A stretch of 64,000 nucleotides of DNA from Marsupella aquatica (taxonomy: Eukaryota > Plantae > Marchantiophyta): contig OZ316892.1 of the NCBI GenBank assembly GCA_973895155.1, positions 820,917 to 884,916 of the forward strand. Direction: 5' to 3'. Shown piece after piece: positions 50,713-62,377 of this stretch. Positions within the stretch are counted from its first letter, which is position 1. Every line of letters begins with the position of its first letter. The notes beneath the pieces were generated by a model. It saw nothing but the letters and a program-made list of their open reading frames with translations, had not been told where the DNA came from and ran no database searches. The translations under genes were made by a program, and so were the position numbers.

Positions 50713-53700
50713 TCAAACCTGGTCCTCATCCTCGCCTCCATTTGACACAATAATAACGTCAGGTTTTTCCGAGATAATGGAACGGGACCGTGGCACATAC
50801 GGTATAACAACTGACCACTCTAGGTCTGGTGGGTACGGAATATAGAAACACTGCTCAAGGTGACTTGGGAATGTAAATGGTTCAGATGTTTGCCAATGAG
50901 ATGGTTGAAAGCTAGTTGCTGATGTCTTCAGTCGAGTAAACCCACACTCATCAAGAAGTACCGTGCGATTATCACCAACCAGGTGAATTTTGAACCACTT
51001 ACACTTGAAGACATACTCTTCAAATTTGGAATCGGCATCATAGGATATGATCAAGATCTTCTCAATCTTCCCATAGTGAGGCACCACATCTCTGATCACA
51101 TTAGTGTCATGACGGCTACTTTGTGAATCTTGCATGAACTGCCCTTGAACTCCACAATCAAAAGTTCTTCCCCTCTTCTCATCAAGGTCAGAAATCCTGA
51201 AATGCCTCCCTTGTGTCCACATTGTTGTTCTGGTTTGAACAAGTCTTAAAGGACCATGAACAATTGTTCGAACCTCAGGAGTCATATCTGGAAAATGTGA
51301 TACATTCTCACCTTGGGCCACCATAGCATCCAACTGAAGTACTTTCTCCTTCATATACTCAAGGAACATTGGAAAGATCCTTGGGCGACGACTCTCCCTC
51401 TTTGCATCCTCATAAAACTCTCTCCAATCTTCCATCATATTGCTGTTACTCAACATGAAAGTACTAACCTGTGTCAACTCCACTGCGGTTAGTAAGCGTG
51501 TTTTTTTTGCACCTGTTAAACGGTCCTCCTCCACTTCCCTCTCTTCCATCCAAGTGCGTGGAAAACTAGGATCAATGGTAGCTAAGATGTTACTACAATA
51601 AAACATACTCTCAGCTGCCAAGTATCCAGTTGCCATGCTCCCCTCCACTCGTGCACGGTTCCGTACATAAGCCTTTAACACGGCCATATACCTTTCCAGC
51701 CAATACATCCACCTACAATGCACCGGACCGGCAATGGCAACCTCCCTCACAAGATGAACGAGAAGATGCACCTGACAATCAAAGAAGGAAGGAGGGAGGG
51801 CCTTCTCCAACTTGCATACCACCTCTGCTGCCAATACCTCCATCCGTGGTATCTCTTCTTCATATATTTCCTTTGAGCATATCCATCTCAACAAAGTGCC
51901 CAGTGACCAAAGGGCGTCTTGCACTTCTTCACTCCCCAAACCTATGATTGCCACAAGAAGTATATGTTGTAGTAAACGATGATAGTCATGTGTCTTGAGA
52001 TACATTGGCCATTTATGACTGTCCTCCATCCCAAAAGCGTTATGTAGATTGGCACCATAGCCTGTAGGAAACCGCATCTGCCCTATGCGTTGTCGAAACT
52101 CTCTTCTTTCACCAACACTCAAAACCCATGGAGCTGAAGGACGATGTTCCATCCCTGTGGATTCATCAACTGTTATCCATACATCTGGATGTCGTTCTAG
52201 ATCCTGGCATGCCTCCCTAAAATTAATGTTTTTTTCCCCATAAAAGTGCTTGATCAAAGCCTTCCCAACATTTCCCTCTATATGCATGGGGTCTAACAAG
52301 TGATGAATCTTCAACTCAGGCCAATAGGGCAAAGTGGCCAGTATACCCCACCTTGTCAATCCACTACCATCAAATCCCATGGCATCTTCAGGGTCTGCCA
52401 CCCTATCAGCTATGGACTTCCAATACAAAAATGTTGTGCGGTCAGGTATCTCACGCTCATCACCATTGATCATGTCAAAGTCTGAAAACAAAAGGGGGTC
52501 AGACCTCATGTGATGCCCAAGTGGAAGAAACTTGGTATGACCAAGGTAGATTATCTTGTGCAGCCATTTTGAGTACTTGGCCATATCGTGAAGGCTTGGA
52601 CCACAAGTGGAGCATGCCTTGTACCCTTGAGTTTGGAACCCAGAAACAAACCCAAACCCTGCTCACAAAATAACATTCTCAATTAGAGTCAAAGGAATTG
52701 AAAAGTTCATGTACATAGAATTAAAGAGGGACTTCCTTCCAAACAAACTTGATCTCCAATACATGAAAAAATACAAATCCATACCACTCACCTGGATAGT
52801 CATGCATGGTCCACATAATGATTCCCTTCAATTGGAAGACACGTGGTAACCCTCCTGTAGTTGTCCGACCATCATATGCCCATACACCCCCCATAATTTA
52901 TGGAGTTCCCCAACCAAGAGCGCCAAGTAGGTGTCCATGTTTTTTACCTTAGATGGACCTGGGATAATCAATGATAGCAATAAGAATCCCTTTTTCATGG
53001 ACAACCATGGGGGAAGGTTGTAATTCATAACAACCACCGGCCAAACCGAAGTAGGGCGCCCTTTCCCTCCAAGGGAGTGTGGGCTTACCCCATCTGATGC
53101 CAACCCCAACCTCACATGACGAGGGTCACGTGCAAATTCTGGCCATTGTGACTCCACATGCTTGTGAGCAGGGGAATCAACTGGCAATCGCATGACACCG
53201 GCCTCTGATCGATGTGTCTTATGCCATACCATCAATTCTGCCAAGTCAGAACATCGGTACATGTGCAACAATCGAGGAATAATAGGAAACCAACGAACAG
53301 CTTTTCTAGGCACCTTTGAGGTCAACATGTTGGTTTCATATCGAGACTCTTGACAAATTGGACACTCAGTTGCGCTGGCATTGGTCTCATGATAGAGAAT
53401 GCAGTCATTCACACAAGCATGAATGATATGGTATTCTATGCCAATGGATGATAGAACCCTCTTTGCCTCCTTCCAAGTTCCTGGCAACACATTTTCACTA
53501 GGTAACAAGAGATCATGGCAAATTGCAAACAAATCCGATAGTAGCGCATTGCTTGCCTTGTGTTTTGCCTGAAGATTCATCAATGCCAAGATGGCAGATA
53601 GTCTATTCAAACGAGCACCCCCATAAATAGGTGTTCTAGCATGTGCCTCAGCTTCTTCCCATTGTTTTTGTCCTTCAGGTGTACGTTGAGGCCTTGGATC

Positions 53701-55291
53701 ATGTGCAACATTTGGTGGAGGGTCTCCTTCATTGGGTGGGACACCTCCTTCACCACCAATGTCTACACCAAACCAATCTGTCATGAAGTCATCCATGGCT
53801 GACTCTTGGTCTTGCATGACCTCATAATCTGTCCGAGGTGCCCCTTCTTCTGGACTGTCATTATCATTGTCACTTGATGAGGAATCTGCTGATGATGTTT
53901 CCCCATCTTGTGGCAAGCCCATTTCTTGATATGTAGCTCTCAACCTCCTTGGCAACATATCTTGACTAGGTCGCACATTCTATAGAAAATACAATAAAGT
54001 ATTCACAATGAAATTAACGCCAAATATAGTAGTGCTCGAAACATATTATTAACAATATAAAAAGAACATGTCATTACAAAACATACGTTCACATACGATG
54101 AACGTATAATACATGTCCCTAAAGTAATCCTAATCCCATTCATAATGTGTAAACAACTCCTCTCCAACCAGAATGGTCCTATTAGCTACAACTAGACAAT
54201 GGTCATGATGATATCTCTGCCCATAAGGGGCTGGAGGGGGACCATCAACAAAAACCCATTCATAGTTTTTCCTACGCTTAGGCCGGGTCCCCACAGTACT
54301 GTTGATGAAACCGGCAATATTCCCACTACGGATGGGATCACCATCAATTATACGCTGGTCACAATACTTTCTGGTGCAACCATCAAAAGTATCCATGTCC
54401 AATGCATAAGTCTTCCACTCAGGGTGTTGAACAAGGATCATGTTCCAATCTCTCCTCTTGTAAATGGGTCCACCATACGGGAACAACGTTGGTCCATCTG
54501 AAGAGCGCCCTTTTCCACCCATATCATCCACAATAATGTCCTGACAAGAGAAAATCCCATACCCATGCCTCTCCCCTAGGGTCGAACTCTTGACAACCCA
54601 ACGTCTTCCCCAAACTTCTATCTCCTCACCATAGGTTATATCACATGGCAAACCAAGGCACTCCGGATTCCAATCCTTTATGATAGGAACACACTTCCCT
54701 GTGAAGGTACAAGGGCCCCATCTACCATCAACCCTACAAGTGTACTGATCCACTTCCCCTCTAGGCTGTCTTTTTGACATTTTTTTCCCTCTTGTAACAA
54801 TACCGTCACCCTTAATTGTCCCAACACTACCTTGCCCTGCTGCCACTAAACGAAAAGCTTGTGAAAGTGCCGAGCCTATAGCATCTAGAACTCCTTGTGA
54901 GGGAACATAGGGTGTTGGTGTAGTGGGTGTAGGCCTACTAGATACCTATAGGAAGAAATGGAACCAAGTGAGTGTGATGAACCTCCCAAATTTTATTTTA
55001 TGCTACCTAGCAAGATTTACAAAATAAAATGGAAATCACAGTAAGTTTACAACTCACCATATGGGATGAAGAAGCTCCCGGTGTAAGACCTCGATGTTGG
55101 CCATATCGAGCAATGTGCTCCGCACATACATATGACTTTTGGACAACCATCCCCACACATTTTTTACAACCACAAAGTTGGCGTGGTGGACCACTAGGTC
55201 GACGTACGGTTGGTTCAGGTTGAGGAGGAGGATGACTTTCTTCATCGGAAGAGGAATCTGATGTGGTGGAAGTTGTAGAGGATGAAGACAT
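50713..55291 (-). pseudogene. TnpD/Tnp2-type CACTA transposase (Transposase_21, DUF4218, DUF4216 motifs); spliced, one frameshift
   Basis: Predicted exons 55291-55058, 53979-52792 and 52658-50713. Motifs IHACVNDCILY, DPRHVRLGLASDG, SVWPV..YNLPPW, MWTMHDYP|GFG..CSTC, LDPMHIEGNV, KTHDYH, FFDCQVHLLVHL, WMYWLERYM. A 1-nt deletion near 52888 leaves exon 2 at 1188 nt where 1189 is needed. Confidence 0.92.
54130..55291 (-). CDS. SET-domain (lysine methyltransferase-like) protein, about 349 aa, sharing exon 1 with the transposase
   Basis: Exons 55291-55058 and 54945-54130 are in frame with no stops. SET motifs VKSST..HGYGIFSCQDI, YGGPI, YALD..IDG...GNIAGFINS, VVANRTILVGEELFTHY. Confidence 0.85.
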
Positions 55292-55724
55292 CTGACAAGT
55301 ATAGCAATTGGAAGGCGATTAGTAAAAACTTCACCAAAACCATCATTGATAATCCCTACCTAAACATATTAAAAAGAATTGACAGAAAAATACCTTTATG
55401 AGACCCGGGCTTAGCAATGCCTTGACGGATCTTGTGGCTCAAATTTCATGAACCAAATCTGGAAGGAGGGGAAAATCTGCCAATATACAATGAATTAAGC
55501 CATGCCTTATGGTGAACCAGAAAAAAAAGATGATAGATTGTAACCCTCCATATTTACAGCAATGACTAGAAATGCATGAGAAAATGTTATACCTTTCAGA
55601 TGCCCGGGCTCTCGCAAGGCATTATCATGCATTAGCCAAAACTTTAAAAAACATGGGGAAGTGCCCTACAACGCCAAAGAGTTTTCCTCTCCATGTTAAT
55701 GAGATAGACAAAGAAATATAAGTA

Positions 55725-56520
55725 ACCCAAACCCTACCCTAAACCCAAACCATGAAATGAAACCCTTCATTAAAACCTAACCCAAATCCCTCAATCACCC
55801 TAAACCCTTACCCTTATCCTAACCAATACCCAAATCCCTCATTAAAAATTCAAACCTTTACCCTAAACCCAAACCCCTACCCTAAACCCAAACCATGAAA
55901 TGAAACCCTTCATTAAAACCTAACCCAAATCCCTCAAGCACCCTAAACCCTTACCCTTATCCTAACCAATACCCAAATCCCTCATTAAAATTTCAAACCT
56001 TTACCCTAAACCCAACCCAAATCCCCCAATTACATATAAAACTCTTACCCTATCTACACCTTACTTTACCTATATAGGCCAACCCCCACCCCTATAGTTA
56101 TTCTAAACTTCACCCTAACCCCTAAATTGAGGCCCTTTTTTAAAACTTAAGCAAAAATTGTACCCCCTCAATTAGAACCAAATCCAACCCTATATCATGT
56201 TACACCCCAACCCAAACACTTACATTAGAAACCCAACCCCTTTAAAAAAACCACAATTAAACCCCCCAACTAAAAACCAAACCCAATCCCTTTAAAAAAC
56301 AACCACAATTCAACCCCTCAACTAAAACCAAACCCAACCCCTGTAATTACTCACAACCTAATGCAAACCTCTACCTTGAACCCTAAGCCAAACCCATTAA
56401 TTTAAACCCAACCCTTTTATTCCAACCTAACCCAAGTTTTAACCCCCTTAATTAAACCAAATACTCCTAGATTAAAACCAAATATAAACCTAACCTTTAA
56501 TTAAACCCAAACCTTTGTTA
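55725..56520. repeat. AAACCC(T)-rich telomere/telobox-like tract with a 143-bp tandem duplication
   Basis: Many AAACCCT/AAACCCA units. CATGAAATGA recurs at 55751 and 55894. Lies between the divergent CACTA genes. Confidence 0.8.
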
Positions 56521-57012
56521 ACTTATATTCTAGTTATCCTTACAACCCAAACATCCATTGACACCCCTTCCATGTTAACTTATGGGCACTTAACATACCT
56601 TAAATGTCGTTTGACAAACCTTAATAGCCGTTTGACACCCCAAAGTGTTTTCCAACCCTAAACCGATAAGACCTGCCTCGCAAATTATTTCACAAGTTAG
56701 AGAATATTTTTGTGAACCTATGACCTTCGCACTTGCTTCGCAAAAACAGAGGCCAAGAACAATTTTTTGGGTCTTCTGCGGGTTGCGATGGCTTTGCGAA
56801 GGGAATAGATTCGGAAGTGCCTCGCAAGTTGCGAGACTATTTGCGAGGGTGCGGGCTTCGCAGTTTCCCATGCGTATGTCATCGCAAACCCGTTTTTGAA
56901 CGGCGTAAACATCGGCGGGAGCTCGCATTCGGGCTCATTTCAGTTTTTGAGCGAGACGAGAAGGGCCGGGGCGCGCGCAACAGTACGAGGGAGACTGTGA
57001 GAGAGGGGAGCT

Positions 57013-59046
57013 ATGGCTACCGGTGAGGGGAGTGGAGGGCAAGGTGGTAGTGGTAGTGGTAGTGGCAATGGGGGAAATCCAGAGAAAGAGAAGAATGCCT
57101 GGGCAGACTTAGTGGCCCAACATCTCAGTGCTGCACAATTGGGAGAAGTGAATCTCAATTCTCCAGCAGGGCTTGCCTCTTTGAGTGCCATTCTTGGACA
57201 GGTTTTGCAAACTGGGATTGTAGCAGGACAAGCTACTAGAGAGGGGGGGCCGCAGCTGAAGAGAAGGCTAGAGAGAAAAAAAGGAAGAGAGAGGAAAGAA
57301 CTAAGTCGGGAGTTGCCTCTCCTCAAGCCCTAGAGAAGCAGAAGAGAAGAGAGGAGAGAGATTCAATTCGAAAACAGAGGGAGGAGCAACGTCAGAAAGA
57401 GGAAGCAAGAAAAAAACTTCCATTCATTGCCTTGGAGACGAGTGGGACTCCAACTGAGCTAGCATATGTAGGGGCTAAGAGCACAATCAAGCAGATTATC
57501 ACAAGCAATTTCTCACGAGGCATGCAGTGGGGGAAGATTGAGAAGGCAGAGCGAAAGAGGGTCATCAACCAAATCAAGGATGCATTTCGCAATGGGCCTG
57601 ACATAGATGAGCAATGGTTGGCAGATAAGATTTCAAATTCTATGTCTCAAATGCGATACCATGACAGGATGAAGATTAGAGCCCACCTGAAAGACTTGAG
57701 ATCATACAGGAACTTGCGTAGACCCCTCCACTTCACCGAGGACATCTGGAATTCGTTTTACAAGATTGAGGTGCAAATTAAGGCAGCTCACGAGTTGGAA
57801 GAGTGGAAGGGCAATCTAGATCAAGCCTTGAAAGCAAAGGAGGCCGGGAAGCTCCCCCCTGACCACGACCTGAAGCCACTTGAGCAGAAGGTAGCTGAGA
57901 TGCAGAAGGTGGCCGACCAGGAGGGAAAGCCACCCAAGCGTTTCACAGATGCAGCCAAACGAGTGAAATCCACCCCCAATCCAGTCCACAAGTTGGGTCA
58001 AGGCGGGCTCCCCGGCCTCAAGTCACACTTTGTGAGTGCCTCTTGCTCCTCCCTAACCTCTCTATTCCTTTCAGAGTTGTGCAATGCAAGTGAATGACAT
58101 CCCCGAAGGTTCTTGCTGTTGTGCATGCTTGCTTGGTTACTAGTTTAGGGCAACTCTAACACTTAGAATTTCTGGCAAATTTTTAAAAACTCTCGGGAAC
58201 ACAGTTTGCGAAGGTGTTGCGATGCGTATTTGTTCGCAAACCCCTCGCAAAGTCTATCATAGACTTTTTCCATTTCAATTTTCCGATGCCTTTGCGAACA
58301 AATGCGCATCGCAAACTCCATCGCAACGCCTTCGCAAAAAAAGGTGGTTCGCAAGTTGCTATGCTTATAGGTTCGCAAATTTGAATTTTAAATTTTTTTT
58401 GGGTCATGTTTAGTAGTTGAGGATTTAGGCGTCACTTGTGGCTATAGGGTATGCTTAAGGGCAAATTTAACCAATTTTAATTGGTTTTATGCATGGCAGT
58501 ATCGGAGGTACAAAAGGAAGATATCAAAAAAGCATATTGAGGTGGCGATAGAGCATGGACGAAAGTACCTCTTTGCGATGGTAGATGCCGAGTTGGCTAC
58601 TGTAAGTGTCTAAGTGTGAACCATATGATTAGCATGCGAACATTGTGAGTGACCCTTTATGTCTTGCGGAAACTAATGATATGTAATGGATGCAGGATTC
58701 GGATGAGCCTGAGGGGTCGGGTGCTGATGTGACCAGTAGTGATGATGATGAGGGGGCTACTCCTGGTACTAGTGGTGCTCGGGGGGGGAGTAGTCGTGAA
58801 GTAGGTTCTTCCCACTGTGGTAGTGGTGGTAGTCGTGTGTCATCAGCACACGTTGATGACCAGGGGGAGGAGGAGGACCCTGAGGATGAGGAGGAGGAGC
58901 AGGAGGGGCAGGAGGAGCCAGAGGAGCAGCAGGAGCAGGAGCGCCGACGGCCATCACGCACCCGTCACCAACAGGATCCCCGGAAGGATAAGGGCAAGAA
59001 GCCAACCAAGAAGCCAACCAAGAGGAGCCGCAAGAGCCCATTCTAG
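57013..59046 (+). pseudogene. CACTA second gene (TnpA/Transposase_24-like), three exons, one frameshift, divergent from the transposase
   Basis: Exons 57013-58031, 58500-58601 and 58696-59046 with GT..AG phase-0 junctions. Frameshift in the G-run at 57243-57249. VHKLGQGG motif; acidic tail with a basic NLS-like end. Confidence 0.65.
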
Positions 59047-62000
59047 TTATTTTGTAGAGATACATGCATGAGAGTGACTTGTCATGCCGGAGCTTAGGGT
59101 AGGAAGAGGCAGCATAGGTTTAGAAGGGCGAACCTAGCATCAGATATTTCCCCCCTCTTGTCCATGTATAGGGTTCTTTGAAGCCCTATCATTTTGTTCA
59201 TGCTTTTCCATTTTATAAAACAACAATTTTGCCTTCCACATTGGGTTCCAAGGAAAACCCCTCGCAAATAATGTATTGAATCCTGTGTGATCATAATTTT
59301 GCGAACCCTTTAAGAACTCATTCCCATCGCACAATATTAACCCTAAGGCGTCGCACTTTTTGAGTCAATTAACTTCAGAACTTCAAATCCAAATATGTCG
59401 GGTTTTTGTGATACTTCTAGGATCGCACTTTCCTAATCGCAACCGTTCACAAACTTCTGAAATCACCGGTATCGCTCTTTGTCATACAATCCCCATCAAA
59501 ACAATTGAACCAGTATCAATCGCAAATATGATGCGATGGTAAATCCGTCTCAAATATTGACGCCCGCGCGGGACGTGTGCGTGTATGTTTGCGAACCTTA
59601 TGCGACGTATAATGGATCGTAGAAGTATTGAATATTGCGAACCTCTCAGCTTCTCAGTTTGCCATGATGTTGCGATGCCGTTGCGATGGTCCGCGTGCGA
59701 AGTTATTAGGTTCGCAAAGTGCGAAGGGGGTGCGATGCGCGTATGTTCGCAATAGCCAAAATTATGAAAATCAGGGGCTTGTTAGTTGCGATGAGATTGT
59801 CTTCGCAAAACCGGCCGATAGTGTTGTAGTGATGAGAACATCGTTGGGGTTGATGAAGATGTGTACCTTGCCACAAGGAGCTACAAATTCAGTAGCCCAC
59901 ATGCAAAATGCCATGAATAGGATTTTGCAATCTTTTATTCCACAAAAGACTCGACCATTTTTGGATGACATTCCTATCAAGGGATGTGTGGAGGAGTGCA
60001 AGGATGAAACAGTTAGGGAGGATGGACTACGACAGTTTGTGTGGGACCATCTTCAAGACGTTGCAGCAATTTTGAAACGATTGATGGAGGTTGGTGTTAC
60101 ACTTTCTGGTGAAAAATCTGCATTTGGCCTTAAAGAGATCTTAGTGGTTGGGCAGAAATGTGGTTCATATGGAAAGAAGCCTAATGATGCAAAGGTAGAT
60201 GCTATTAATCATATGAAGGATTGTAGTTCTGTGAGTGAAGTTAGGAGATTTTTGGGTGGATGTGTGTTCTACAGAATATGGATACCTCATTTTGCTCATA
60301 TTGCAGAATCTCTATATGATTTATTAAGGAAGAAGGTTAAGTTTGTATGGACTGATAGACATTCCAAAGCAATGACTAGGATGAAAGAAGCATTGTTAAG
60401 ACCACCAGTTCTTAGAACAATAAACTATGACAATGATCAACCTGTAATTGTCACAGTTGATTCTAGTCCCATAGCAGCAGGATGGACTATAGGACAGGAT
60501 GATGAGGAAGGACATCGTTTTGCTACTCGCTTTGGGGCTAAGATCTTTGATGAAAGGCAAAGAAGGTACCCGCAAGTCAAACGAGAACTATGGGGTGCAA
60601 GATGCGCCATAAGACAAGAGAAAGATTTCTTGATAGGAGCAAGGGTTATTCTGGAAACTGATTGTAAGCCACTATTAGGGATGATCTCTAACTGTGACAC
60701 TCCAGATATAGCTATGCTAAGGTGGATAGCCTTTATTAGGATGATTAATCCTGAACTAAGGCATATCAAGGGAAAAGATAATTCAATGGCTGATATGTTA
60801 TCAAGGGCAAGATATCATGAAAACAAAATAATTAGTAAACATGTCATAGCAGTCAGTGGAAGTGAGGCACGTACAGAAATTGAGTCTATAGAGTTTAAAG
60901 AAGAACTCTATTTGGGGAAGCTACGAATCATAGGGCAATATCTAAAGAAATTGGAAAAAGAAGAAGGGTGGACACATGAGGAGTTCAAGAAGATTCGGAA
61001 AGAGGCATACCAATTTCTTCTCAGAGATGGGTATCTTTGGAAACGTCCAAAGAAAAAGGGACATGTGCCTTTGCGGGTTATTGATGATGTTGATACAAAG
61101 GCACAAGTACTTCAAAATTATCATGATGATCAAACAGCAGGACATAGAGGAGTCCAAGCTACTTACGATAAGATTCGTGAGTTCTACTGGTGGCCACGAG
61201 TTTACATGGATGTTAGGGACTATGTGGAGAGTTGTAAGGTGTGCCAAATATACTCCAAGCTAAGACATAGAGATGGGTTGAAGCCTACTTACCCATTGGC
61301 CTTACATTTTCAATGGGTGTTAGACATAGTGCATATGCCAAATGGAACAAGGGGTGCAAAGTACTTAGTATTGGCAAGAGAAGACTTATCTTCATATGTA
61401 GAGGGAAGGACACTAGCATCCAATAAGACAGAGCCGGTTTGTAGGTTTGTTTTGGAAGATATCATTGCTAGACATGGATGTTTTTCTCAAATGAGGGCTG
61501 ATCAAGGGGAGCTAAATAGTGAAGAAGCACACAATTTCTTTGCTAAGTTTGGCATCAAACTTAAGCTTACAACAGCTTATAATCCAGAGGCAAACGGAAA
61601 AAGTGAAAGAGGTCATCCACCAATAGTCAATGCTTTAGTCAAAACATGCAAAGGCAACACATTCCAATGGCCTAATCTACTACCATTAGCTCTGATGGCA
61701 GATAGATTAATTTGTAGCTCGGTTAGTGGATTTCCCCCTGCAGAGCTTGCTTCAGGACATTTGCCATTGATGCCAATTGAAGAAAAAGTACAAAGCTGGC
61801 GGACTATAGAGTGGAAGGATGAGGTTTCTAGAGAAGAATTGATTGCTAGAAGGATAGAGCATTTCAATCAGACTCCAGAAAAGATTGCTATAACCTTAGA
61901 GCGCGTCAAAGCGACAAGATTGAAGAACAAATCAAGATTTGATTTGACTCACCGACTCCGACCTATCCCAATCAAAGAAGGAGACTGGGTGCTTATCTCA

Positions 62001-62241
62001 GATAATGCTTTGGACAATCAACACTCAACACTTAAAAAGTTCGCGAGGTGATGGATGAGACCTTTTGTGGTCACCCAAATCCATGATAATGCAACGTATA
62101 ATGTCAGAGAGATGGACGGAACACATCATCGAACCCGATATGTAGGAAAGCGGATCAAGCTATTCAAAAGAAGGACAAAATTTAGTGTCGAGGATATCAT
62201 TGATGAAGACTTACCAAGTGAAGAAGAAATTTGGGACTCAC

Positions 62242-62377
62242 AGATTAGTAGGGGTGAATAGTCTTATCCAGAATGATTGGTGCAGACCGGAGGCTGCACA
62301 AGATTAGTAGGGGTGAATAGTCTTATCCAGAATGATTGGTGCAGACCGGAGGCTGCACAGGTTTAGTAGGGGTGATA
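62242..62377 (+). repeat. 59-bp tandem duplication giving three PPT-like AGTAGGGGTGA copies before the 3' LTR
   Basis: Units start at 62242 and 62301; a third partial unit abuts TGTCG at 62378. Confidence 0.85.

Larger units (their letters stand above)
49958..59831. mobile_element. CACTA (En/Spm) DNA transposon, 9,874 bp, carrying three genes
   Basis: Termini CACTACTACATATTGGCC / GGCCGATAGTGTTGTAGTG; 3-bp TSD ATG (49955-49957, 59832-59834). Excision restores Gypsy RT SRDITTM-RTSLGLMKM. Dense TCGCAA/TTGCGA subterminal repeats. Confidence 0.96.

Noticed and set aside
55725-56520. True telomere or interstitial telomeric array
   Set aside because: Units are highly degenerate and lie inside a TSD-bounded transposon.
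59628-59831. N-terminus of the 807-aa ORF (MNIANLSASQF..)
   Set aside because: Read-through of the CACTA right end. The real RT resumes at 59832 and joins the segment ending at 49957.
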